In this document: positions 11,101-23,505 of the stretch, piece after piece
How the letters are laid out: each line of letters opens with the position of its first letter
Position numbering within the stretch: the first letter of the stretch is position 1
DNA from: Eledone cirrhosa
Lineage: Eukaryota
Reading direction: 5' to 3'
DNA: 64,000 nucleotides
Assembly: GCA_964016885.1 (NCBI GenBank)
Contig: OZ024744.1
Span: forward strand, 13,826,001 to 13,890,000
The notes under the pieces: model-generated
What the model saw: the letters and a program-made list of their open reading frames with translations, nothing else
Databases searched by the model: none
What the model was told of the DNA's origin: nothing
Translations under genes and position numbers: made by a program

Positions 11101-13319
11101 ATGGACATGTGGTTAGAATGTCTCAGTAGATCAGAGAGTCATTCCAGTTAAAGCCACTCTCTAAATTGAGAGATCACAACCCCCCATACTATGGACGTGT
11201 GGTTAGAATTTTTTCAGTAGATCAGAGGATCACTCCACTTAAAGCTACTCTCTAAATTGAGAGATCACAACTCCCTAACCATGGACATGTGGTTAGAATG
11301 TCTCAGTAGATCAGAGAGTCACTCCAGTTAAAGCCACTCTCTAAATTGAGAGATCACAACTCCCACACTCTGGACGTGTGGTTAGAATGTCTCAGTACAT
11401 CAGAGAATCACTCCAGTTAAAACTACTCTCTAAATTGAGAGATCACAACTCCCATACTATGGACATGTGGTTAGAATGTCTTAGTAGATCAGAGAGTCAC
11501 TCCAGTTAAAGCTACTCTCTAAATTGAGAGATCACAACTCCCATACTATGGACATGTGGTTAGAATGTCTCAGTAGATCAGAGAGTCACTCCAGTTAAAG
11601 CCACTCTCTAAATTGAGAGATCACAACTCCCATACTATGGACATGTGGTTAGAATGTCTCAGTAGATCAGAGAGTCACTCCAGTTAAAGCTACTCTCGAA
11701 ATTGAGAGATCACAACTCCCATACTATTGACATGTGGGTAGAATGTCTCAGTAGATCAGAGAGTCACTCCAGTTAAAGCCGCTAATTCTCTAAATTGAGA
11801 GATCACAACTCCCATACTATGGACATGTGGTTAGAATGTCTCAGTAGATCAGAGTTTCACTCCAGTTAAAGCTACTCTCTAAATTGAGAGATTACAACTC
11901 CAATACTATGGCCATGGGGTTTTAAAAGTCTCAGTAGATCAGAGTGTCACTCCAGTTAAAGCTACTCTCTAAATTGAGTGTTTAAAACTCCAATACTATG
12001 GACATGTGGTTAGAATGTCTCAGTAGATTAGAGAGTCACTCCAGTTAAAGCCACTCTCTAAATTGAGAGATCACAACTCCAATACTATGGACATGTGATT
12101 AGAATGTCTCAGTAGATTAGAGAGTCACTCCAGTTAAAGCCACTCTCTAAATTGAGAGATCACAACTCCAATACTATGGACATGTGGTTAGAAAGTCTCA
12201 GTAGATCAGAGTGTCACTCCAGTTAAAGCTAATCTCTAAATTGAGAGATCACAACTCCAATACTATGGACATGGGGTTTGAATGTCTCAGTAGATCAGAG
12301 TGTCACTCCAGTTAAAGCTACTCTCTAAATTGAGAGATCACAACTCCAATACTATGGACATGGGGTTTGAATGTCTCAGTAGATCAGAGAGTCACTCCAG
12401 TTAAAGCTACTCTCTAAATTGAGAGATCACAACTCCAATACTATGGACATGGGGTTTGAAAGTCTCAGTAGATCAGAGTTTCACTCCAGCTAAAGCTACT
12501 CTCTAAATTGAGAGATTACAACTCCAATACTATGGACATGGGGTTTGAAAGTCTCAGTAGATCAGAGTGTCACTCCAGTTAAAGCTACTCTCTAAATTGA
12601 GAGTTTAAAACTCCAATACTATGGACATGTGGTTAGAATGTCTCAGTAGATTAGAGAGTCACTCCAGTTAAAGCCACTCTCTAAATTGAGAGATCACAAC
12701 TCCAATACTATGGACATGTGATTAGAATGTGTCTCTAGATTAGAGAGTCACTCCAGTTAAAGCCACTCTCTAAATTGAGAGATCACAACTCCAATACTAT
12801 GGACATGTGGTTAGAAAGTCTCAGTAGATCAGAGTGTCACTCCAGTTAAAGCTAATCTCTAAATTGAGAGATCACAACTCCAATACTATGGAGATGGGGT
12901 TTGAATGTCTCAGTAGATGAGAGTGTCACTCCAGTTAAAGCTACTCTCTAAATTGAGATATCACAACTCCAATACTATGGACATGTGGTTTGAATGTCTC
13001 AGTAGATCAGAGAGTCACTTCAGTTAAAGCTACTCTCTAAATTGAGAGATCACAACTCCAATACTATGGACATGGGGTTTGAAAGTCTCAGTAGATCAGA
13101 GTGTCACTCCAGTTAAAGCTACTCTCTAAATTGAGAGATTACAACTCCAATACTATGGACATGTGGTTAGAATGTCTCAGTAGATTAGAGAGTCACTCCA
13201 GTTAAAGCCACTCTCTAAATTGAGAGATTACAACTCCAATACTATGGACATGTGGTTAGAATGTCTAAGTAGATCAGAGTGTCACTCCAGTTAAAGCCAC
13301 TCTCTAAATTGAGAGATCA
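7409..13319. repeat. Apparently exact tandem duplication of 2951 bp (33 monomers): 7409-10359 and 10360-13310
   Basis: Private markers TTAGCGTG (7461/10412) and GTTAGAATTTTTTC (8251/11202), plus TGTCTAAG (10311/13262), are all offset by 2951 = 33x89 + 14 bp of net indels. Confidence 0.93.
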
Positions 13320-13548
13320 TAACTTCCATACTATGGACATGTGGTTAGAATGTCTCAGTAGATCAGAGAGTCACTCCAGTTAAAACCACTCTCTAAATTG
13401 AGAGATCACAACTCCAATACTTTGGACATGTGGTTAGAATGTCTCAGTAGATCAGAGAGTCACTCCAGTTAAAGCCACTCTCTAAATTGAGAGATCACAA
13501 CTCGAATACTATGGACATGGGGTTTGAATGTCTCAGTACATCTGAGTG

Positions 13549-16500
13549 TCACTCCAGTTAAAGTTACTCTCTAAATTGAGAGATCACAACTCCAATACTA
13601 TGGACATGTGGTTAGAATGTCTCAGTAGATCAGAGTGTCACTCCAGTTAAAGCTAGTCTCTAAATTGGGAGATTACAACTCCAATACTATGGACATGGGG
13701 TTTGAATGTCTCAGTAGATCAGAGAGTCACTCCAGTTAAAGCTACTCTCTAAATTGAGAGATCACAACTCCCATACTATGGACATGTGGTTAGAATGTCT
13801 CAATAGATCAGAGAGTCATTCCAGTTAAAGCCACTCTCTAAATTGAGAGATCACAACCCCCCATACTATGGACGTGTGGTTAGAATGTCTCAGTAGATCA
13901 GAGGATCACTCCACTTAAAGCTACTCTCTAAATTGAGAGATCACAACTCCCTAACTATGGACATGTGGTTAGAATGTCTCAGTAGATCAGAGAGTCACTC
14001 CAGTTAAAGCCACTCTCTAAATTGAGAGATCACAACTCCCACACTCTGGACGTGTGGTTAGAATGTCTCAGTACATCAGAGAATCACTCCAGTTAAAACT
14101 ACTCTCTAAATTGAGAGATCACAACTCCCATACTATGGACATGTGGTTAGAATGTCTTAGTAGATCAGAGAGTCACTCCAGTTAAAGCTACTCTCTAAAT
14201 TGAGAGATCACAACTCCCATACTATGGACATGTGGTTAGAATGTCTCAGTAGATCAGAGAGTCACTCCAGTTAAAGCCACTCTCTAAATTGAGAGATCAC
14301 AACTCCCATACTATGGACATGTGGTTAGAATGTCTCAGTAGATCAGAGAGTCACTCCAGTTAAAGCTACTCTCTAAATTGAGAGATCACAACTCCAATAC
14401 TATGGACATGTGGTTAGAATGTCTCAGTAGATCAGAGAGTCATTCCAGTTAAAGCCACTCTCTAAATTGAGAGATCACAACTCCAATACTATGGACATGG
14501 AGTTTGAAAGTCTCAGTAGATTAGAGTATCACTCCAGTTAAAGCTACTCTCTAAATTGAGAGATCACAACTCCAATACTATGGACATGGGGTTTGAATGT
14601 CTCAGTAGATCAGAGAGTCGCTCAAGTTAAAGCCACTCTCTAAATTGAGAGATCACAACTCCCATACTATGGACGTGTGGTTAGAATGTCTCAGTAGATT
14701 AGGGAATCACTCCAGTTAAAGCTACTCTCTAAATTGAGAGATCACAACTCCCTAACTATGGACATGTGGTTAGAATGTCTCAGTAGATCAGAGAGTCACT
14801 CCAGTTAAAGCCACTCTTTAAATTGAGAGATCACAACTCCCATACTCTGGACGTGTGGTTAGAATGTCTCAGTACATCAAAGAATCACTCCAGTTAAAAC
14901 TACTCTCTAAATTGAGAGATCACAACTCCCATACTATGGACGTGTGGTTAGAATGTCTTAGTAGATCAGAGAGTCACTCCAGTTAAAGCTACTCTCTAAA
15001 TTGAGAGATCACAACTCCCATACTATGGACATGTGGTTAGAATGTCTCAGTAGATCAGAGAGTCACTCCAGTTAAAGCCACTCTCTAAATTGAGAGATCA
15101 CAACTCCCATACTATGGACATGTGGTTAGAATGTCTCAGTAGATCAGAGAGTCACTCCAGTTAAAGCTACTCTCTAAATTGAGAGATCACAACTCCTATA
15201 CTATGAACATGGGGTTAGAATGTCTCAGTAGATCAGAGAGTCACTCCAGTTAAAGCCACTCTCTAAATTGAGAGATCACAACTCGAATACTATGGACATG
15301 GGGTTTGAATGTCTCAGTACATCTGAGTGTCACTCCAGTTAAAGTTACTCTCTAAATTGAGAGATCACAACTCCAATACTATGGACATGGGGTTTCAATG
15401 TCTCAGTAGATCAGAGAGTCACTCCAGTTAAAGCCACTCTCTAAATTGAGAGATCACAACTACAATACTATGGACATGTGATTAGAATGTCTCAGTAGAT
15501 CAGAGTGTCACTCCAGTTAAAGCTACTCTCTAAATTGGGAGATTACAACTCCAATACTATGGACATGGGGTTTGAATGTCTCAGTAGATCAGAGAGTCGC
15601 TCAAGTTAAAGCCACTCTCTAAATTGAGAGATCACAACTCCCATACTATGGACGTGTGGTTAGAATGTCTCAGTAGATCAGAGAATCACTCCAGTTAAAG
15701 CTACTCTCTAAATTGAGAGATCACATCTCCCATACTATGGACATGTGGTTAGAATGTCTCAGTAGATTAGACTGTCATTCGAGTTAAAGCTACTCTCGAA
15801 ATTGAGAGATCACAACTCCCATACTATTGACATGTGGGTAGATTGTCTCAGTAGATCATAGAATCACTCCAGTTAAAGCCACTAATTCTCTAAATTGAGA
15901 GATCACAACTTCCATACTATGGACATGTGGTTAGAATGTCTCAGTAGATCAGAGAGTCACTCTTGTTAAAGCTACCCTCTAAATTGAGAGATCACAACTC
16001 CTATACTATGGACATGTGGTTAGAATGTCTCAGTAGATCAGAGTTCACTCCAGTTAAAGCCACTCTCTAAATTGAGAGACCACAACTCCTATACTATGGA
16101 CATGGGGTTTGAATGTCTCAGTAGATCAGAGTGTCAATCCAGTTAAAGTTACTCTCTAAATTGAGAGATCACAACTCCCATACTATGGACGTGTGGTTAG
16201 AATGTCTCAGTAGATCAGAGAATCACTCCAGTTAAAGCTACTCTCTAAATTGAGAGATAACATCTCCCATACTATGGACATGTGGTTAGAATGTCTCAGT
16301 AGATTAGAGTGTCATTCGAGTTAAAGCTACTCTCGAAATTGAGAGATCACAACTCCCATACTATTGACATGTGGGTAGAATGTCTCAGTAGATCAGAGAG
16401 TCACTCCAGTTAAAGCCACTAATTCTCTAAATTGAGAGATCACAACTCCCATACTATGGACATGTCGTTAGAATGTCTCAGTAGATCAGAGAGTCACTCC

Positions 16501-19500
16501 AGTTAAAGCTAATCTCTAAATTGAGAGATCACAACTCCAATGCTATGGACATGGGGTTTGAATGTCTCAGTAGATCAGAGAGTCGCTCAAGTTAAAGCCA
16601 CTCTCTAAATTGGGAGATCACAACTCCAATACTATGGACATGTGGTTAGAATGTCTCAGTAGATCAGAGAGTCACTCTTGTTAAAGCTACTCTCTAAATT
16701 GAGAGATCACAACTGCTATACTATGGACATGGGGTTAGAATGTCTCAGTAGATCAGAGTGTCACTCCAGTTAAAGCCACTCTCTAAATTGAGAGATCACA
16801 ACTCCCAAACTATGGACATGTCGTTAGAATGTCTCAGTAGATCAGAGAGTCACTCCAGTAAAAGCCACTCTCTAAATAGAGAGATCACAACTCCAATAGT
16901 ATGGACATGGTGTTTGAAAGTCTCAGTAGATTAGAGTGTCACTCCAGTTAAAGCTACTCTCTAAATTGAGAGATCACAACTCCAATACTATGGACATGGG
17001 GTTTGAATGCCTCAGTAGATCAGAGAGTCGCTCAAGTTAAAGCCACTCTCTAAATTGAGAGATCACAACTCCCATACTATGGACATGTGGGTAGAATGTC
17101 TCAGTAGATCAGAGAGTCACTCCAGTTAAAGCCACTAATTCTCTAAATTGAGAGATCACAACTTCCATACTATGGACATGTGGTTAGAATGTCTCAGTAG
17201 ATCAGAGAGTCACTCTTGTTAAAGCTACTCTCTAAATTGAGAGATCACAACTCCTATACTATGGACATGTGGTTAGAATGTCTCAGTAGATCAGAGTTCA
17301 CTCCAGTTAAAGCCACTCTCTAAATTGAGAGATCACAACTCCTATACTATGGACATGGGGTTTGAATGTCTCAGTAGATTAGAGAGTCACTCCATTTAAA
17401 GCCACTCTCTAAATTGAGAGATCACAACTCCAATACTATGGACATGTGATTAGAATGTCTCAGTAGATTAGAGAGTCACTCCAGTTAAAGCCACTCTCTA
17501 AATTGAGAGATCACAACTCGAATACTATGGACATGGGGTTTGAACGTCTCAGTACATCAGAGTGTCACTCCAGTTAAAGTTACTCTCTAAATTGAGAGAT
17601 CACAACTCCAATACTATGGACATGGGGTTTGAATGTCTCAGTAGATCAGAGAGTCACTCCAGTTAAAGCCACTCTCTAAATTGAGAGATCACAACTCCAA
17701 TACTATGGACATGTGGTTAGAATGTCTCAGTAGATCAGAGTGTCACTCCAGTTAAAGCTACTCTCTAAATTGGGAGATTACAACTCCAATACTATGGACA
17801 TGGGGTTTGAATGTCTCAGTAGATCAGAGAGTCACTCCAGTTAAAGCTACTCTCTAAATTGAGAGATCACAACTCCCATACTATGGACATGTGGTTAGAA
17901 TGTCTCAGTAGATCAGAGAGTCATTCCAGTTAAAGCCACTCTCTAAATTGAGAGATCACAACTCCCATACTATGGACGTGTGGTTAGAATGTCTCAGTAG
18001 ATCAGAGAATCACTCCAGTTAAAGCTACTCTCTAAATTGAGAGATCACAACTCCCTAACTATGGACATGTGGTTAGAATGTCTCAGTAGATCAGAGAGTC
18101 ACTCCAGTTAAAGCCACTCTGTAAATTGAGAGATCACAACTCCCATACTCTGGACGTGTGGTTAGAATGTCTCAGTACATCAGAGAATCACTCCAGTTAA
18201 AACTACTCTCTAAATTGAGAGATCACAACTCCCATACTATGGACATGTGGTTAGAATGTCTCAGTAGATTAGAGTGTCATTCCAGTTAAAGCTACTCTCT
18301 AAATTGAGAGATCACAACTCCTATACTATGGACATGGGGTTAGAACGTCTCAGTAGATCAGAGTGTCACTCCAGTTAAAGCCACTCTCTAAATTGAGAGA
18401 TCACAAATCCCATACTATGGACATGTGGTTAGAATGTCTCAGTAGATCAGAGAATCTCTCCAGTAAAAGCTACTCTCTAAATTAAGAGATCACAACTCCA
18501 ATACTATGGACATGTGGTTAGAATGTCTCAGTAGATCAGAGAGTAATTCCAGTTAAAGCCACTCTCTAAATTGAGAGATCACAACTCCCGTACTATGGAC
18601 GTGTGGTTAGAATGTCTCAGTAGGTCAGAGAATCACTCCAGTTAAAGCTACTCTCTAAATTGAGAGATCACATCTCCCATACTATGGACGTGTGGTTAGA
18701 ATGTCTCAGTAGGTCAGAGAATCACTCCAGTTAAAGTTACTCTCTAAATTGAGAGATCACAACTCCAATACTATGGACATGTGGTTAGAATGTCTCAGTA
18801 GATCAGAGTGTCACTCCAGTTAAAGCTAGTCTCTAAATTGGGAGATTACAAATCCAATACTATGGACATGGGGTTTGAATGTCTCAGTAGATCAGAGAGT
18901 CACTCCAGTTAAAGCTACTCTCTAAATTGAGAGATCACAACTCCCATACTATGGACATGTGGTTAGAATGTCTCAATAGATCAGAGAGTCATTCCAGTTA
19001 AAGCCACTCTCTAAATTGAGAGATCACAACCCCCCATACTATGGACGTGTGGTTAGAATGTCTCAGTAGATCAGAGGATCACTCCACTTAAAGCTACTCT
19101 CTAAATTGAGAGATCACAACTCCCTAACTATGGACATGTGGTTAGAATGTCTCAGTAGATCAGAGAGTCACTCCAGTTAAAGCCACTCTCTAAATTGAGA
19201 GATCACAACTCCCACACTCTGGACGTGTGGTTAGAATGTCTCAGTACATCAGAGAATCACTCCAGTTAAAACTACTCTCTAAATTGAGAGATCACAACTC
19301 CCATACTATGGACATGTGGTTAGAATGTCTTAGTAGATCAGAGAGTCACTCCAGTTAAAGCTACTCTCTAAATTGAGAGATCACAACTCCCATACTATGG
19401 ACATGTGGTTAGAATGTCTCAGTAGATCAGAGAGTCACTCCAGTTAAAGCCACTCTCTAAATTGAGAGATCACAACTCCCATACTATGGACATGTGGTTA

Positions 19501-22500
19501 GAATGTCTCAGTAGATCAGAGAGTCACTCCAGTTAAAGCTACTCTCTAAATTGAGAGATCACAACTCCAATACTATGGACATGTGGTTAGAATGTCTCAG
19601 TAGATCAGAGAGTCATTCCAGTTAAAGCCACTCTCTAAATTGAGAGATCACAACTCCAATACTATGGACATGGAGTTTGAAAGTCTCAGTAGATTAGAGT
19701 ATCACTCCAGTTAAAGCTACTCTCTAAATTGAGAGATCACAACTCCAATACTATGGACATGGGGTTGAATGTCTCAGTAGATCAGAGAGTCGCTCAAGTT
19801 AAAGCCACTCTCTAAATTGAGAGATCACAACTCCCATACTATGGACGTGTGGTTAGAATGTCTCAGTAGATTAGGGAATCACTCCAGTTAAAGCTACTCT
19901 CTAAATTGAGAGATCACAACTCCCTAACTATGGACATGTGGTTAGAATGTCTCAGTAGATCAGAGAGTCACTCCAGTTAAAGCCACTCTTTAAATTGAGA
20001 GATCACAACTCCCATACTCTGGACGTGTGGTTAGAATGTCTCAGTACATCAAAGAATCACTCCAGTTAAAACTACTCTCTAAATTGAGAGATCACAACTC
20101 CCATACTATGGACGTGTGGTTAGAATGTCTTAGTAGATCAGAGAGTCACTCCAGTTAAAGCTACTCTCTAAATTGAGAGATCACAACTCCCATACTATGG
20201 ACATGTGGTTAGAATGTCTCAGTAGATCAGAGAGTCACTCCAGTTAAAGCCACTCTCTAAATTGAGAGATCACAACTCCCATACTATGGACATGTGGTTA
20301 GAATGTCTCAGTAGATCAGAGAGTCACTCCAGTTAAAGCTACTCTCTAAATTGAGAGATCACAACTCCTATACTATGAACATGGGGTTAGAATGTCTCAG
20401 TAGATCAGAGAGTCACTCCAGTTAAAGCCACTCTCTAAATTGAGAGATCACAACTCGAATACTATGGACATGGGGTTTGAATGTCTCAGTACATCTGAGT
20501 GTCACTCCAGTTAAAGTTACTCTCTAAATTGAGAGATCACAACTCCAATACTATGGACATGGGGTTTCAATGTCTCAGTAGATCAGAGAGTCACTCCAGT
20601 TAAAGCCACTCTCTAAATTGAGAGATCACAACTACAATACTATGGACATGTGATTAGAATGTCTCAGTAGATCAGAGTGTCACTCCAGTTAAAGCTACTC
20701 TCTAAATTGGGAGATTACAACTCCAATACTATGGACATGGGGTTTGAATGTCTCAGGAGATCAGAGAGTCGCTCAAGTTAAAGCCACTCTCTAAATTGAG
20801 AGATCACAACTCCCATACTATGGACGTGTGGTTAGAATGTCTCAGTAGATCAGAGAATCACTCCAGTTAAAGCTACTCTCTAAATTGAGAGATCACATCT
20901 CCCATACTATGGACATGTGGTTAGAATGTCTCAGTAGATTAGACTGTCATTCGAGTTAAAGCTACTCTCGAAATTGAGAGATCACAACTCTCATACTATT
21001 GACATGTGGGTAGATTGTCTCAGTAGATCATAGAATCACTCCAGTTAAAGCCACTAATTCTCTAAATTGAGAGATCACAACTTCCATACTATGGACATGT
21101 GGTTAGAATGTCTCAGTAGATCAGAGAGTCACTCTTGTTAAAGCTACCCTCTAAATTGAGAGATCACAACTCCTATACTATGGACATGTGGTTAGAATGT
21201 CTCAGTAGATCAGAGTTCACTCCAGTTAAAGCCACTCTCTAAATTGAGAGATAACATCTCCCATACTATGGACATGTGGTTAGAATGTCTCAGTAGATTA
21301 GAGTGTCATTCGAGTTAAAGCTACTCTCGAAATTGAGAGATCACAACTCCCATACTATTGACATGTGGGTAGAATGTCTCAGTAGATCAGAGAGTCACTC
21401 CAGTTAAAGCCACTAATTCTCTAAATTGAGAGATCACAACTCCCATACTATGGACATGTCGTTAGAATGTCTCAGTAGATCAGAGAGTCACTCCAGTTAA
21501 AGCTAATCTCTAAATTGAGAGATCACAACTCCAATGCTATGGACATGGGGTTTGAATGTCTCAGTAGATCAGAGAGTCGCTCAAGTTAAAGCCACTCTCT
21601 AAATTGGGAGATCACAACTCCAATACTATGGACATGTGGTTAGAATGTCTCAGTAGATCAGAGAGTCACTCTTGTTAAAGCTACTCTCTAAATTGAGAGA
21701 TCACAACTGCTATACTATGGACATGGTGTTTGAAAGTCTCAGTAGATTAGAGTGTCACTCCAGTTAAAGCTACTCTCTAAATTGAGAGATCACAACTCCA
21801 ATACTATGGACATGGGGTTTGAATGCCTCAGTAGATCAGAGAGTCGCTCAAGTTAAAGCCACTCTCTAAATTGAGAGATCACAACTCCCATACTATGGAC
21901 ATGTGGGTAGAATGTCTCAGTAGATCAGAGAGTCACTCCAGTTAAAGCCACTAATTCTCTAAATTGAGAGATCACAACTTCCATACTATGGACATGTGGT
22001 TAGAATGTCTCAGTAGATCAGAGAGTCACTCTTGTTAAAGCTACTCTCTAAATTGAGAGATCACAACTCCTATACTATGGACATGTGGTTAGAATGTCTC
22101 AGTAGATCAGAGTTCACTCCAGTTAAAGCCACTCTCTAAATTGAGAGATCACAACTCCTATACTATGGACATGGGGTTTGAATGTCTCAGTAGATTAGAG
22201 AGTCACTCCATTTAAAGCCACTCTCTAAATTGAGAGATCACAACTCCAATACTATGGACATGTGATTAGAATGTCTCAGTAGATTAGAGAGTCACTCCAG
22301 TTAAAGCCACTCTCTAAATTGAGAGATCACAACTCGAATACTATGGACATGGGGTTTGAACGTCTCAGTACATCAGAGTGTCACTCCAGTTAAAGTTACT
22401 CTCTAAATTGAGAGATCACAACTCCAATACTATGGACATGGGGTTTGAATGTCTCAGTAGATCAGAGAGTCACTCCAGTTAAAGCCACTCTCTAAATTGA

Positions 22501-23505
22501 GAGATCACAACTCCAATACTATGGACATGTGGTTAGAATGTCTCAGTAGATCAGAGTGTCACTCCAGTTAAAGCTACTCTCTAAATTGGGAGATTACAAC
22601 TCCAATACTATGGACATGGGGTTTGAATGTCTCAGTAGATCAGAGAGTCACTCCAGTTAAAGCTACTCTCTAAATTGAGAGATCACAACTCCCATACTAT
22701 GGACATGTGGTTAGAATGTCTCAGTAGATCAGAGAGTCATTCCAGTTAAAGCCACTCTCTAAATTGAGAGATCACAACTCCCATACTATGGACGTGTGGT
22801 TAGAATGTCTCAGTAGATCAGAGAATCACTCCAGTTAAAGCTACTCTCTAAATTGAGAGATCACAACTCCCTAACTATGGACATGTGGTTAGAATGTCTC
22901 AGTAGATCAGAGAGTCACTCCAGTTAAAGCCACTCTGTAAATTGAGAGATCACAACTCCCATACTCTGGACGTGTGGTTAGAATGTCTCAGTACATCAGA
23001 GAATCACTCCAGTTAAAACTACTCTCTAAATTGAGAGATCACAACTCCCATACTATGGACATGTGGTTAGAATGTCTCAGTAGATTAGAGTGTCATTCCA
23101 GTTAAAGCTACTCTCTAAATTGAGAGATCACAACTCCTATACTATGGACATGGGGTTAGAACGTCTCAGTAGATCAGAGTGTCACTCCAGTTAAAGCCAC
23201 TCTCTAAATTGAGAGATCACAAATCCCATACTATGGACATGTGGTTAGAATGTCTCAGTAGATCAGAGAGTCTCTCCAGTAAAAGCTACTCTCTAAATTA
23301 AGAGATCACAACTCCAATACTATGGACATGTGGTTAGAATGTCTCAGTAGATCAGAGAGTAATTCCAGTTAAAGCCACTCTCTAAATTGAGAGATCACAA
23401 CTCCCGTACTATGGACGTGTGGTTAGAATGTCTCAGTAGGTCAGAGAATCACTCCAGTTAAAGCTACTCTCTAAATTGAGAGATCACATCTCCCATACTA
23501 TGGAC
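13549..23505. repeat. Tandem duplication of ~5.17 kb (58 monomers) spanning the junction of the two 12-kb units
   Basis: AGCTAGTC 13651/18824 and the GGAGTTT variant 14501/19674 are offset by 5173. The offset falls to 4994 (16542/21536) and then 4816 (17009/21825) after a 1-bp loss and two 178-bp losses. Confidence 0.87.

Larger units (their letters stand above)
1337..16427. repeat. Copy 1 of a ~12-kb macro-repeat unit (15.1 kb including an internal 2951-bp duplication); homologous to 21422-33467
   Basis: Rare markers are collinear at offsets that step by whole monomers: CAATGCTA 1451/21536 and GCGAC 3556/23641 (+20085); ACATGTTTG 4761/25113, CAGTGAA 5781/26133 and GTGTCCCT 6841/27193 (+20352); GGCCATG 8961/29401 and CAGCT 9531/29971 (+20440); GCTAGTC 13652/31141 (+17489). 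Confidence 0.88.
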
